The notes: generated from the sequence alone by a model not told the origin. Shown: positions 19,463 through 31,728, counted from the first letter of the stretch. The stretch is DNA of 64,000 bases from Parcubacteria bacterium C7867-001 (GCA_001189095.1 LFCK01000004.1:5674-69673); one strand, 5' to 3'. Numbers and translations are program-made.

Positions 19463-19510
19463 AAAATTAGCCTTATCTCCGGGTTCAGGAGAGGTTCTCT
19501 TTTTGGGAGA

Positions 19511-19855
19511 ATGCATATGACGGAATCAATGATGATGGTCGGCTGCGCGCTTGCTTTGATGGCCGCGTCGGGCTTCGCGCTCGGCGTCGCTGTTCACTGC
19601 ATCGGCTGCACCTCGATCATCTTCCGTGACGCCACCTTGCTCGTGGCGACAGGGGTGCTCTTGGCGGTGGCGGGCAGTGCGATCATGCAGCTAGCAACCG
19701 ACTCGCTCAGCTCCGGCTGGATCATGTATCAGGTCGCCGGCTTCGCCGCGTGGGCCACGGGCTTTTCGCTCTTCTGGCTTGCTCGTGAGGCGTACTTCCG
19801 GCTTGCGTCGGCCATGGTCGTGGCTAAAAGCCGCGGTCCGTGGGGCGACGAATAA
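19511..19855 (+). CDS. Hypothetical membrane protein
   Basis: Three TM helices; own promoter, SD GGGAG and terminator. Confidence 0.6.
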   Translation: MHMTESMMMVGCALALMAASGFALGVAVHCIGCTSIIFRDATLLVATGVLLAVAGSAIMQLATDSLSSGWIMYQVAGFAAWATGFSLFWLAREAYFRLASAMVVAKSRGPWGDE

Positions 19856-19983
19856 TCGCTCCGATTTCCGCATAATTAAGCGCCGCCCAGAATGGGCGGC
19901 GCTTTTGTTGTAGGCGAAACTTGCTTTGCCTCTCTCACATTCATATACTGCGAGCACCTTTTACAAGCGCATAAAAATTTCCC

Positions 19984-20295
19984 ATGGCAAAATCTGACAC
20001 CCCCGCATTCAGCATCATCCCTCGCGGCGATCGCGTGATTGTGAAGCCGATGAAGAAGGAAGAGAAGACTGCGTCCGGCATCATCATCCCGGACACCGTG
20101 AAGAGCGAGAAGCCCGAGCGCGGCACTATCGTTGCGGTCGGACAGGGCCGCATGGAGGACGGCAAGCTCATTCCGATGGATCTTAAAGTCGGCGACAAGG
20201 TCCTCTTCGAACAAACGTATCGCGATCCTATAAAGGTGGACGGCGAAGAGTACTACATTTTTAACGAGGCAAGCATATTAGCGAAAATAAAATAA
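19984..20295 (+). CDS. groES: Co-chaperonin GroES
   Basis: PRGDRVIV, TASGIIIPD, GTIVAVG, LKVGDKVLF. Confidence 0.97.
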   Translation: MAKSDTPAFSIIPRGDRVIVKPMKKEEKTASGIIIPDTVKSEKPERGTIVAVGQGRMEDGKLIPMDLKVGDKVLFEQTYRDPIKVDGEEYYIFNEASILAKIK

Positions 20296-21936
<1,641 letters not shown>

Positions 21937-21959
21937 GAAAAAGCAAAAGGCAAAAGAAA

Positions 21960-21985
21960 AAAGGCGCGCCTCTGGCGCGCCTTTT
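21960..21985. terminator. Terminator after groEL
   Basis: aaaggcgcgcc-tct-ggcgcgcctttt. Confidence 0.7.
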
Positions 21986-22024
21986 GCTTGTGGATTCTGA
22001 ACGCGGGCGAGTGCCGCGTACAGA

Positions 22025-22543
22025 TTACTGGCAACCGGCCGAAGAGAACGAGCCGGTGTTGCAGCTGCCAGCGCCGACGGTCTGGGCGTTACCGCCTTCA
22101 CCGCCGAGACCGACACCGATCGGAATGTTCGTGTTGTTGTTCACGTTCACCGGATCGGCGACGGCAACCGCCCCCGAGCTGCTGCTTTGAACAACCGTTG
22201 TGTTGTTGGTCTCTTGATCGGTCGCTCGGTGCCGCACCGCATCATTCCAGATGCCAGCGACACCGAGGTCGGCGATCGGTTTCGCAACAATGCCGAGGCC
22301 GCTCGAGCCAGCGGAGGTCTTGGTGGCGCCTTCGATTGGTTTGCAGGCGCCGCCGGTCGGGCAGTGGAAGGCGAGCGATTGAACGGAACTGGGGGCAATG
22401 AAGCCGCCCTTCTTGTTCGTGATCAGCTCCACCTTTGAGCCGTCAGGAAGAATAACTTCCTCGGTCAGCGGTTTAGCGTAGGCCGTCGTCGTCATGGCGG
22501 CGGCGAGCGCAATGCCGGTGAAGGAGGCGAGCAATTTCTTCAT
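22025..22543 (-). CDS. Hypothetical secreted protein
   Basis: Signal peptide MKKLLASF...AYA, paired Cys, Gly/Asn-rich tail, SD GGAG. Confidence 0.65.
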   Translation of the reverse strand: MKKLLASFTGIALAAAMTTTAYAKPLTEEVILPDGSKVELITNKKGGFIAPSSVQSLAFHCPTGGACKPIEGATKTSAGSSGLGIVAKPIADLGVAGIWNDAVRHRATDQETNNTTVVQSSSSGAVAVADPVNVNNNTNIPIGVGLGGEGGNAQTVGAGSCNTGSFSSAGCQ

Positions 22544-22755
22544 TTCGTACTTCTCCATGGTGGCCTTTCTGCCCCCGGCCACAAAAGGGGATTGCCGGCG
22601 CATATGCCGGCAAATAGAAACGCCGCTTGGCTTTTGCTAAGCCAAGCGGCTCTAAAATCGACCCTAACCTAGGCTGTATTTTCTGTCAAATATGGGTCAT
22701 AAAACAAAACCCCGCGCCGGTAGGCGCGGGGTCGGTTTGTTGGGCGTCGGTGGGG

Positions 22756-22908
22756 TTAGCCGCCGTCATCCATTCGTGGGTTCTCGGAGCGGCCGAAGAC
22801 CCCGTAACGGATCACGCCGAACGCGAGCACCGCGAGGATGCAGGCGCCGAAGATCCTTCCCGGCAGGGTCGGATCGCTGAGATCAACGTGAACACCAAAA
22901 ATGTCCAT
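22756..22908 (-). CDS. 50-aa single-TM small protein (below the ORF-track cutoff)
   Basis: MDIFGVHVDLSDPTLPGRIFGACILAVLAFGVIRYGVFGRSENPRMDDGG; SD GGAGG; promoter TTGACA-17-TACTAT at 22974-22946. Confidence 0.65.
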   Translation of the reverse strand: MDIFGVHVDLSDPTLPGRIFGACILAVLAFGVIRYGVFGRSENPRMDDGG

Positions 22909-23037
22909 TCAAACCTCCATCAGGCCGGAAATCAGCCTTTATTTCATAGTATCATATAAAGTGCTTGTTGTCAATGTGGTGTCTATAAAAGAGGCGTAAG
23001 GATTTGGTATACTACTCGTCACTAACCCTACATACTT

Positions 23038-23601
23038 ATGATCATTCTTTGGATTGTGCTCGGCATCGTGGTCGTCCTCGCGTTCTGGCTCGCGGGCGCC
23101 TACAACGGCTTCGTTTCTCTCAAGAACCGCGCGAAGGAAGCGTGGGCAGATATCGATGTGCAGCTGAAACGCCGCTATGACCTCATCCCTAATCTTGTGG
23201 AGACGGTGAAGGGCTACGCGACGCATGAATCGCAGGCATTCGAGAATGTCACCAAGGCACGCTCCGCTGCTATGGGCGCAACGTCTGTCGCCGGTCATGC
23301 TGAAGCGGAAAACATGCTTACGGGCGCACTCAAATCAATCTTCGCTATTTCGGAAGCATATCCAGATCTTAAGGCGAACGAGAACTTCCTTCAGCTCCAG
23401 CGCGAGCTCGGCGACACGGAAGACAAGATTCAGGCAGCTCGCCGCTTCTACAACCAGAACGTAATGCAGCTCAACACCTCTATTGAGTCTTTCCCCGGTA
23501 ACCTTGTCGCTGGTGCGTTCAAGTTCACGAACATGGAACTCTTCCAGCTTTCCGAAAGTGAAAGCGCGGCGAAGGAGCCGGTGAAAGTTAGCTTCAAGTA
23601 A
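23038..23601 (+). CDS. lemA: LemA family protein
   Basis: IDVQLKRRYDLIPNLVETVKGY, EAYPDLKAN, ARRFYN. Confidence 0.96.
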   Translation: MIILWIVLGIVVVLAFWLAGAYNGFVSLKNRAKEAWADIDVQLKRRYDLIPNLVETVKGYATHESQAFENVTKARSAAMGATSVAGHAEAENMLTGALKSIFAISEAYPDLKANENFLQLQRELGDTEDKIQAARRFYNQNVMQLNTSIESFPGNLVAGAFKFTNMELFQLSESESAAKEPVKVSFK

Positions 23602-23634
23602 TACACGCGAAGGCAAAGCCTTCGCGCCCAACTC

Positions 23635-24531
23635 ATGGCAACGCTGTACCAAGAACGCTCAAGCAACATCACTCGAACGTGGATCATGATGATCGGGTTC
23701 GTTTTGGTTGTGTCCGCGGTGGGCTACGCGGCGAGTTGGTACTTCGGTGACTACACCTTCCTCTACGCGGCATTTGGTCTCGCGCTCCTTACGAATGTCT
23801 GGAGTTACTGGAATTCAGACAAGGTAGCGCTCTCGCTCACTCATTCGCGACCTGCAACTCGCGAGGAATTCTTCGACTTCTACACGGTCGCAGAAAATAT
23901 GGCGATAGCTGCGGGCATCCCAATGCCCAAGCTCTATATCATCGATGATCCAGCGCCAAACGCGTTTGCAACCGGTCGCGACGAAAAGCACGCAGTTGTT
24001 GCTGCAACGACCGGACTTCTCTCGATGATGAATCGCGCTGAGCTCGAGGGCGTCATTGCCCACGAGATGAGCCACATCAAGAACCGCGACATTCTCCTCA
24101 TGACCATGGCAGTGGTGCTCGCGGGGTTCGTGGCGATACTCGCGGATATGTTCCTGCGCATGTCGTTTTGGGGCGGAGGGAATCGGGACAATGATCGCGG
24201 GAATGGCGGCGCGATACTCATGGTGATTGCAATCATCGGCATCGTGCTCGCGCCGCTTGCAGCGCAACTCATCCAGTTCGCCATTAGCCGTCGCCGCGAA
24301 TATCTTGCGGACGCTTCCGGCGCACTCCTCACGCGTTATCCGGAAGGTCTCGCTTCTGCGCTCGAGAAGCTCGGCGCGTATCAGGGTCCGATGAAGAATC
24401 CGTCCCATTCGACTGCGCATCTTTTCATCGATAATCCGTTTGGCGACCGTAAGTCTGACTGGATCAATAACATCTTTTCAACGCACCCTCCAGTCCAGAA
24501 AAGAATTGAGGCATTACTCGGAAAGCAGTAG
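23635..24531 (+). CDS. htpX: M48 zinc metalloprotease HtpX
   Basis: PNAFATG, HEMSH, SRRREYLAD, FSTHP. Confidence 0.95.
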   Translation: MATLYQERSSNITRTWIMMIGFVLVVSAVGYAASWYFGDYTFLYAAFGLALLTNVWSYWNSDKVALSLTHSRPATREEFFDFYTVAENMAIAAGIPMPKLYIIDDPAPNAFATGRDEKHAVVAATTGLLSMMNRAELEGVIAHEMSHIKNRDILLMTMAVVLAGFVAILADMFLRMSFWGGGNRDNDRGNGGAILMVIAIIGIVLAPLAAQLIQFAISRRREYLADASGALLTRYPEGLASALEKLGAYQGPMKNPSHSTAHLFIDNPFGDRKSDWINNIFSTHPPVQKRIEALLGKQ

Positions 24532-24557
24532 AGTTTCGTGCTATAACAGCCAAGCAC

Positions 24558-24642
24558 GGAGGCGTCGCATAGTGGTCTAGTGCACCACCTTGGAAAGGTG
24601 GCATACCGCAAGGTATCGAGAGTTCGAATCTCTCCGCCTCCG
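24558..24642 (+). tRNA. tRNA-Ser(GGA)
   Basis: ggaggcg/cgcctcc acceptor stem, ccacc-ttGGAaa-ggtgg, long variable arm, gttcgaatc. Confidence 0.95.
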
Positions 24643-24652
24643 CCCGAAGTAT

Positions 24653-25246
24653 ATGGATCAACAGACAATCGACACATACAACAAAATGGCCAAGGAGTAT
24701 GACGATGAAACCGTTGATTTTTGGGAGCGTTTCCCTCGGACGTTCCTCGATACGTTTATTGAGTTGTCTGGCGAGAAAGTAATTGATATTGGAAGCGGCC
24801 CAGGTAGGGATGGGTTACTGCTTCAGCAAGCAGCTAAAGAAGTTGTTTGTATCGATGCTTCCGAAGCAATGGTAAAACTCTCTTCGGAGAGAGGTCTCAA
24901 GTCTGTCCTTGCGGGGTTTGATAGTCTGCCGTTCGAAAACGAGTCGTTTGATGGAGTGTGGTCGTACACGGCCCTTCTCCACATTCCCAAGAAATCCGTT
25001 GATACTCCTCTTCAAGAAGTCTCACGTATTCTTAAGCCTTCTGGTATTTTTGCCCTCGGTCTCATTGAGGGAGATGTTGAGGAGTACAAAGAAAGTTCCG
25101 GTGTCGATATGCCACGCTGGTTCAGTTTCTACCAGAAAGATGAAGTGGTAGATCTATGTAGAAAGCATGGTTTTGAATTTGTTCATTTTGAAACATTCAA
25201 ACCGGGCTCAAAGAACTATCTAAACTTCATTTTTCGAAAATCATAG
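24653..25246 (+). CDS. Class I SAM-dependent methyltransferase
   Basis: VIDIGSGPGRD, IDASEAMV, FDGVW..LLH; AT-richer than neighbours. Confidence 0.9.
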   Translation: MDQQTIDTYNKMAKEYDDETVDFWERFPRTFLDTFIELSGEKVIDIGSGPGRDGLLLQQAAKEVVCIDASEAMVKLSSERGLKSVLAGFDSLPFENESFDGVWSYTALLHIPKKSVDTPLQEVSRILKPSGIFALGLIEGDVEEYKESSGVDMPRWFSFYQKDEVVDLCRKHGFEFVHFETFKPGSKNYLNFIFRKS

Positions 25247-25297
25247 ATCGAACCCCCTCCGCCGTTTTTGTTTATTTTGTGGTATAATGCACAACGG

Positions 25298-25636
25298 ACC
25301 GATTCAGACGATCGCTCTCAGGATAGGAATGTCCCGAAGGGAGGAAAGTCCGAGCACAGGCATTCGCAAGGATGCAGCAGGGTAGCGGGTAACGCCCGTC
25401 CGCGGAAACGCGCGAGGTGCGAGCAGTGACGTCAAACGCGAAAGCGCGCGACAACCTTCGGGTTGAAGTCCATCGAAAGGTGGAAGTGAAACGGCTAAAT
25501 CCTTACTTCTGTGCAAGGCCGTATCGATAATCTTCGGATATGTCGAGGCGCCGCTTGAGGTGTACGGTAACGTACATCCCAGATAGATGATCGTCCGTGT
25601 AGCAATACGCGACAGAACTCGGCTTATCGAATCGGT
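25298..25636 (+). ncRNA. rnpB: RNase P RNA
   Basis: GAGGAAAGTCC, TGAAACGG, AGATAGATGAT, ACAGAACTCGGCTTA; ends pair (accgattc/gaatcggt); TATAAT upstream and terminator downstream. Confidence 0.95.
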
Positions 25637-25754
25637 ATCCACTTCATGAATAAACCCGCCTCACGGCGGGTTTATTCATACCCTTTGAAACTTTAGCCGT
25701 ATCCGTACGGTATACTTTTTGTATTATCGGCAGTAGCAGTAGTTACCTTTATAT

Positions 25755-28214
25755 ATGACTGATTCATCAGCAAAGACGAGTGCGCCGAAGCGCTTCTCGT
25801 TCGATACCGCAGCGTCGATTGCGCTCGCGATTACGGTCGGCCTTGCCGCACTCCTTATTCTCCCAACAAGCACCGTTCCGGCGGGGTACCTCAAGGTGGG
25901 GGCGCTCGCCATCGGTATGCTCGTATCGCTCGTGCTCTTCATCCTCGCTCGTCTTACGCGCGGCAACGTTATCGTTCCGCCGCTCACGCTCCTCGGTGCC
26001 GTCTGGCTTCTTCCGATTGCGTACGGGCTTTCGACGCTCTTTTCAGGAGTGAACCCAGCAAAAGCATTCTTCGGTAACGGCTTCGATACGGACACCTTCG
26101 GCTTCATGCTGCTTGCGGCGCTTCTGGCAACGCTTGCGGCACTCGCCATGCGCCGCCCCGATCAGTACCGTTCTTTCTTCCTTGTGTCGAGCGTTGCTGC
26201 TGCCGTACTCCTCGTTTCTCAGCTCGGCATCGCTTTCATTGGCAAAGTGTCTCCGAGCTTCCTTTCGCCTATTACCTCGCTTGCAGCTTCGTTCGTTGAC
26301 CTTGGAATGCTCGCTGGCCTCACGACGATTACGATACTCGTCGCGCTCCGCTTCCTTTCGTTTGCTGGTCGCATACGCACGGCACTTCTCGTCGGCCTTG
26401 CGCTCGCGCTCTTCGCGCTCGCACTCACCAACACGCTCATCGTCTGGATTCTCGTTGGCCTTGCTGCGCTTGGTCTTTTCATTGAGTCGGTCATGCGTCG
26501 CAAGATCTCTTCGGACGAGGATGATCTTGAGGGAGTCTCTGTTGTCTCCTCAGAGGAGGGCGGTTCCGTGCATCGCGGCGGTAACATGCTCGTCATTCCG
26601 CTTATCGTGTTGGTGGTCTCGCTCTTCTTTGTTATCGGCAATTCGACCATCGGCAACTCGTTCGTGAACTTCTTTGGCACAAGCATCATCGATGCGCGTC
26701 CATCATGGCAGTCCACCTTCGATGTCGGTAGCCACACCTATGCTTCTTCGCCGCTCTTTGGCTCAGGACCGAGCACCTTCGGTCGCGAATGGCTTAAGTA
26801 TCGCGATCGCAGCGTGAACGACACGGTGTTCTGGAGCGTTGATTTCCCAGCAGGTATCGGCTACATCCCGACCTCGGTAGTGACGACTGGCGCTGTTGGT
26901 GCACTCGCATGGCTCGTCTTCATCGGCTTTTTCCTCTACGTCGGTCTGCGCACGCTTCTTCTCCGCGCCTCAAGTGATCGCTTTGTGCGCTTCGTGTCGA
27001 TCTCGTCGTTCGTCGGAGCGCTCTACGTGCTTGTGCTCTCGCTCCTTATGGTGCCGGGTCCCGCGGTGCTTGCGTTCGGATTCGTATTCCTCGGCATCTT
27101 TATTTCGTCCCTTCGCTATGGTGCAAACCGCACGGAATGGGGCGTTATCTTTGCGAAGACTCCGCGTGTCGGATTCGCGATTGTGTTCATCCTCACACTG
27201 TTCCTCCTCGGCTCGGTGCTTTCCGCATACGTTGTGACGGAACGTTACTTTGCGCTCTCATCCTATGGCAATGCCGCTGCAGCGCTTGGAAAGGGCGATC
27301 TTGCGACCGCAGACATGTTGATTGGGCGCTCGCTTCTCTTTGCTCAGACGGATCGTGCGTATCAACTCGCTGCGTCGAGCGGTATCGCGCACATGAACAA
27401 GATTGCGAACGATACGACGCTCCCTGTCTCTTCTGCACAGCAGCAGTTCCAGACAGCACTCAGCAACGCTATCGCGAACGCAAATGCCGCAACGAAGATT
27501 GATCCGTATAACTACCAGAACTGGGCAGTACTCGGAAGCGTGTATCAGACAGTCGTGCCGCTTAAGATTGACGGCGCCTACGATCAGGCAAAAACTGCCT
27601 ATGACAAGGCAATGGCGCTTAACCCGACCAACCCCGTCCTTCCGTTTATTCTTGCGCAGCTCGATATCGCTGCAGGGAACACCAAGCAGGCAGAAGAGAG
27701 TCTCGTGAAGTCCATCAATCTCAAGCACGACTACACGCAGGCCATCTTCCTCCTCTCGCAGCTTGAAGTGCAGCAGGGCAAGGCGAAAGAAGCGCTTCAG
27801 GCAGCCGAAGCAGCAGCATACTTCGCGCCGAACGATCCAACGGTTATGTTCCAAGTCGGTATCCTCCGCTCGGGGAATGGCGATACAAACGGTGCAATTC
27901 AGGCGCTCACGCGCGCAATCGAGCTCAATCCGCAGTATGCGAACGCACGCTTCTTCCTCGGCGTAATGTACGCGCTCAAGGGTCAGAACGACAAGGCGCT
28001 CGCCGAACTCCGCGCGGTCGGAAGTCTCTCGCCAGATAACGCCGCTGCGGTCGCAAGCGATATTGCGGCACTTGAGGCGGGCAAGAATCCGTTCCCAGCT
28101 TCACGGCTCGGCGCACTCGGCATCCCGTCGAGCACTGTTACTGAGCCATCGCCAGCAACGGAGCCAACCAAACCGGCGGCAACCCCAAAGACCACCGAAA
28201 CGAAGAAGCCCTAG
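25755..28214 (+). CDS. Polytopic membrane protein (O-antigen ligase-like) with C-terminal TPR repeats
   Basis: Many TM helices, PLFGSGPSTF motif, TPR units (AIELNPQYANARFFLG). Confidence 0.8.
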   Translation: MTDSSAKTSAPKRFSFDTAASIALAITVGLAALLILPTSTVPAGYLKVGALAIGMLVSLVLFILARLTRGNVIVPPLTLLGAVWLLPIAYGLSTLFSGVNPAKAFFGNGFDTDTFGFMLLAALLATLAALAMRRPDQYRSFFLVSSVAAAVLLVSQLGIAFIGKVSPSFLSPITSLAASFVDLGMLAGLTTITILVALRFLSFAGRIRTALLVGLALALFALALTNTLIVWILVGLAALGLFIESVMRRKISSDEDDLEGVSVVSSEEGGSVHRGGNMLVIPLIVLVVSLFFVIGNSTIGNSFVNFFGTSIIDARPSWQSTFDVGSHTYASSPLFGSGPSTFGREWLKYRDRSVNDTVFWSVDFPAGIGYIPTSVVTTGAVGALAWLVFIGFFLYVGLRTLLLRASSDRFVRFVSISSFVGALYVLVLSLLMVPGPAVLAFGFVFLGIFISSLRYGANRTEWGVIFAKTPRVGFAIVFILTLFLLGSVLSAYVVTERYFALSSYGNAAAALGKGDLATADMLIGRSLLFAQTDRAYQLAASSGIAHMNKIANDTTLPVSSAQQQFQTALSNAIANANAATKIDPYNYQNWAVLGSVYQTVVPLKIDGAYDQAKTAYDKAMALNPTNPVLPFILAQLDIAAGNTKQAEESLVKSINLKHDYTQAIFLLSQLEVQQGKAKEALQAAEAAAYFAPNDPTVMFQVGILRSGNGDTNGAIQALTRAIELNPQYANARFFLGVMYALKGQNDKALAELRAVGSLSPDNAAAVASDIAALEAGKNPFPASRLGALGIPSSTVTEPSPATEPTKPAATPKTTETKKP

Positions 28215-28220
28215 GGTTCT

Positions 28221-29912
28221 ATGGTGCAGGAAATCCTCAGATCGCTCGCGGCCCCGATACGCGGGATAGCCCGACCGGTCTCGGGTCTCCATCAAGCTGC
28301 CTACCTACTCGCGATACTCACCCTTGCGTCGCAAGTGCTTTCGTTGGTGCGTGACCGCCTGTTTGCGCATGCGTTTGGTGCGAGCGAGACGCTCGACCTC
28401 TATTACGCAGCGTTCAAGATTCCAGACCTTGTCTTCGCGCTCGTTGCGTCGCTTGTGTCGGCGTACGTGATCATTCCTCTCATTGCGAACACGAACACGA
28501 AGGAATCGCGCGAAACGCTTTCGCATGCAGCGTCGTTTCTTCTGTTCGCCGGAGGTCTGGTGTCCGCAGTTCTTGCGGTGTTCGCTCCGCAACTCGCGTT
28601 CGCTCTTTTCCCGAGCTTCGAACATTCTGCACAAGCGGACACCTTCGTGCTGTTGGTGCGCATCCTCTTAGTGCAGCCGCTTTTGCTCGGTGTTTCTGGT
28701 GTTCTCACCAGCGTGACGCAGGTGAAGCGCCGCTTCATCCTCTTCGCGCTTTCACCCGTGCTCTACAATCTCGGCATTATCGCCGGCGTCGTATTTCTCT
28801 ATCCCATGTACGGCCTTATCGGCATTGGGTATGGCGTTGTCATCGGTGCGCTTCTGCATCTCCTTATTCATGTGCCAGTGGTTCTTGCGTCCGGACTTTT
28901 CCCGCGTCTCGTCATTCCGTCGCCCCGCATCATAGGCGGCATCATTGCCCACTCGCTGCCGCGCTCGCTCGCGCTCTCGATGACGTCCGTTATCGCACTG
29001 GTTCTCGCGACGCTGGCTGCGACGGTGGGGAAAGGCGCCGTATCGGTGTTTTCCTTTGCGGCTAACCTTGCGGCGGTCCCGCTCTCTCTGATTGGCGCTT
29101 CGTATGCAACCGCCGCGTTTCCTGTGCTCGCCGAACAAGCACAGGAGCGACGCTCTAAGGAGTTCGGTCAAACGGTAAGTGCTGCTGCGCGCCACATCAT
29201 CTTCTGGTCGTCAGTCGTTACGGTACTCACTATCGTGCTGCGCGCACACATCGTGCGCTTCGTTCTTGGTACCGGCGCCTTCGATTGGAGTGCAACGCGT
29301 CTTACTGCGGCGGTACTCGCCATTCTTGTCGTTGGACTCACAAGCCAAGGCATTACGCTTCTCTGTGCTCGCGCGTTCTACGCCTCAAAGCGTTCGTGGA
29401 ATCCCTTTTTCATACAGCTCGGCGACATCGGTATCTCGATTGCGGTGGCGTGGGGTCTTCTTAAGGCTGCTGAAGCATATCCGATGCTGCGCTACTTCAT
29501 GGAGTCGCTCTTCCGCGTGAGCGATGTTCCGAACACGGGCATACTCTTCATCGCGTTCGGAGCTGCCCTCGGTCAGGTGCTTGTATCCATCGTAGCGCTT
29601 GCAACCCTTCGCACGGTCGCGCCGGGAGTTGCGCGCTCGCTCACCAAACCGCTCTTTGACGGCTTTGGTGCGGCGATTCTTGGCGGTGCGGCAGCCTATG
29701 GGGTGCTTATCCTCATGGGAAATCTAGCGCCGCTCACCACGCTTCTCGCGGTCTTCACGCAAGGCCTTCTCGCTGGTATCGTAGGCTTTGCGGTCGCCTG
29801 TGGCGTACTTCTCCTCTTGGAAAACAAGGAGCTTAGGGATCTCTGGAACTCGCTTTCGCGCTTCTCGTCTCGTGCCCTTACCCCTTCGGGAGCTGCCACC
29901 CTCGACCGCTAA
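28221..29912 (+). CDS. murJ: Lipid II flippase MurJ (MviN)
   Basis: LSLVRD, YYAAFKIPD, SPVLYNLGII, RAFYA. Confidence 0.9.
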   Translation: MVQEILRSLAAPIRGIARPVSGLHQAAYLLAILTLASQVLSLVRDRLFAHAFGASETLDLYYAAFKIPDLVFALVASLVSAYVIIPLIANTNTKESRETLSHAASFLLFAGGLVSAVLAVFAPQLAFALFPSFEHSAQADTFVLLVRILLVQPLLLGVSGVLTSVTQVKRRFILFALSPVLYNLGIIAGVVFLYPMYGLIGIGYGVVIGALLHLLIHVPVVLASGLFPRLVIPSPRIIGGIIAHSLPRSLALSMTSVIALVLATLAATVGKGAVSVFSFAANLAAVPLSLIGASYATAAFPVLAEQAQERRSKEFGQTVSAAARHIIFWSSVVTVLTIVLRAHIVRFVLGTGAFDWSATRLTAAVLAILVVGLTSQGITLLCARAFYASKRSWNPFFIQLGDIGISIAVAWGLLKAAEAYPMLRYFMESLFRVSDVPNTGILFIAFGAALGQVLVSIVALATLRTVAPGVARSLTKPLFDGFGAAILGGAAAYGVLILMGNLAPLTTLLAVFTQGLLAGIVGFAVACGVLLLLENKELRDLWNSLSRFSSRALTPSGAATLDR

Positions 29913-29915
29913 TCA

Positions 29916-31715
29916 ATGACTAGCCAGATACGCAATTTTTCAATTATCGCTCACATCGATCACGGGAAGTCGACTTTAGCCGACCGTCTTTTGGAGCGCA
30001 CGGGCACCATCGAAGCGCGCAAGATGCGCGATCAGGTGCTCGACAAGATGGACCTCGAGCGCGAGCGCGGCATCACGATTAAGATGCAGCCGGCGCGCAT
30101 GAAGTACAAAGCGAACGACGGTAACGAATATATTTTGAATCTCATCGACACTCCGGGCCATATTGATTTTGCCTACGAAGTTTCTCGCGCGCTCACCGCA
30201 GTCGAAGGCGTGCTGTTGCTCGTCGATTCGACTCAGGGTGTGCAGGCTCAGACGCTCACTACGCTCTCGATGGCACGGGACGCGGGCTGCACCATCATTC
30301 CGGTCATTTCTAAAATTGATGCGCCAGCTTCGCGTCCGGAGGAAGTGAAGGCAGAGCTCGCAAAGCTTCTTTCGGTATCGGCAGATTCGGTGCTTGCCGT
30401 CTCCGGACGCACCGGAGCGGGTGTTGAGGAATTGCTGCAGGCAATCGTTGACCGCGTTCCTGCACCAGAGAAGGGAGGTACCGAGCCTCGCGCGGGCATT
30501 TTCGATTTTTCGTATTCAACGCATCGTGGTGTCGCGGTGTATGTGCGCGTGTTTGATGGTGTGTTCAAGAAAGGGGACGCATTAACCTTTAGTGCGGCAG
30601 GGAAGAAGTTTGTATCGCTCGATAACGGCATCTTTACTCCAGATGAGACGCCGACTGAAAGTCTTTCGTCCGGAGAAATCGGCTACATCGTGACGGGAAT
30701 TAAGGAGCCGGGTGTTGTTGCGGTCGGCGATACGATTCTCTCTGAGCGCGGCACACTCCCACCACTTGCTGGCTTCGAGCGCCCACGTCCGGTCGTCTGG
30801 GCCTCGGTGTACCCCGAGAGTCAGGACAGTTTGAATGATCTTAAGCAGGCGCTCGAGCGGCTCCGACTTACCGATTCCTCACTTTCCTTTGAAGAGGAAA
30901 GTTCGGGCGTGCTCGGGCGTGGATTTCGCTGCGGATTCCTCGGCATGCTTCATCTTGAAATAGTTACCGAACGGCTTCGTCGTGAATTTACGCTTTCCCT
31001 TGTGGTAACCATACCAACCATCGAATACGTGGTTACGGATACGCACGGAAAGCGTGAGCGTATATATACGCCGTCCAAGTTTCCGGCTTTTGGTGACATC
31101 GAATCCATTGAAGAACCGTGGGCGAAGATAATCCTCATTACGCCCCCCGACTCTCTCTCGGGTCTTCTCCAACTGCTTCATGAGCATGAGGCGAATGTGG
31201 GGGACACACATGCGTATGCCGACGGCCGCATCGAGCTTTCGGCCGAAATGCCGCTACGCGAACTCATGCGCGGCTTCTTCGACCGCGTGAAGAACGTTTC
31301 AAGCGGATACGCTTCGCTTTCCTATGAACTCCTTACGGAGCGTCCGGCGGACGTCGTGCGCCTCGACATCCTTGTTGCCGAAGAGGAGGTTCCAGCATTC
31401 GCGCGCGTCGTGAGCCGTCGCCGAGTTCAAGAAGAAGGCGAGCGCATGGTGGAGAAATTGCACGGCATTCTTCCGAAGCAGCTTATGGTAACGAAGATTC
31501 AGGCGCAGGCGCTCGGTCGCATTCTCTCGAGTCGTACGCTCTCCGCCATGCGTAAAGACGTGACGGGCTATCTCTACGGCGGCGACGTCTCCCGCAAGAA
31601 TAAGCTCCTGCAGAAGCAGAAGAAGGGAAAGAAGCATCGCGCGCAGTTCTCGAAGAATCGCGTGGATATTCCGGAAGATGTCTTCATGAAAATGGTGCAG
31701 GAGTCAGAGCGTTAA
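29916..31715 (+). CDS. lepA: Elongation factor 4
   Basis: IRNFSIIAHIDHGKSTLAD, RERGITIK, GFRCGFLGMLH, YGGDVSRK. Confidence 0.98.
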   Translation: MTSQIRNFSIIAHIDHGKSTLADRLLERTGTIEARKMRDQVLDKMDLERERGITIKMQPARMKYKANDGNEYILNLIDTPGHIDFAYEVSRALTAVEGVLLLVDSTQGVQAQTLTTLSMARDAGCTIIPVISKIDAPASRPEEVKAELAKLLSVSADSVLAVSGRTGAGVEELLQAIVDRVPAPEKGGTEPRAGIFDFSYSTHRGVAVYVRVFDGVFKKGDALTFSAAGKKFVSLDNGIFTPDETPTESLSSGEIGYIVTGIKEPGVVAVGDTILSERGTLPPLAGFERPRPVVWASVYPESQDSLNDLKQALERLRLTDSSLSFEEESSGVLGRGFRCGFLGMLHLEIVTERLRREFTLSLVVTIPTIEYVVTDTHGKRERIYTPSKFPAFGDIESIEEPWAKIILITPPDSLSGLLQLLHEHEANVGDTHAYADGRIELSAEMPLRELMRGFFDRVKNVSSGYASLSYELLTERPADVVRLDILVAEEEVPAFARVVSRRRVQEEGERMVEKLHGILPKQLMVTKIQAQALGRILSSRTLSAMRKDVTGYLYGGDVSRKNKLLQKQKKGKKHRAQFSKNRVDIPEDVFMKMVQESER

Positions 31716-31728
31716 AAGCGCTCGGACA

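Noticed and set aside
19900-19983. CIRCE operator upstream of groES
   Set aside because: No TTAGCACTC-N9-GAGTGCTAA inverted repeat is visible.
24590-24652. N-terminal extension of the methyltransferase ORF
   Set aside because: Overlaps tRNA-Ser; the ATG at 24653 is the plausible start.
25304-25642. 112-aa ORF and overlapping short ORFs
   Set aside because: Antisense to RNase P RNA.
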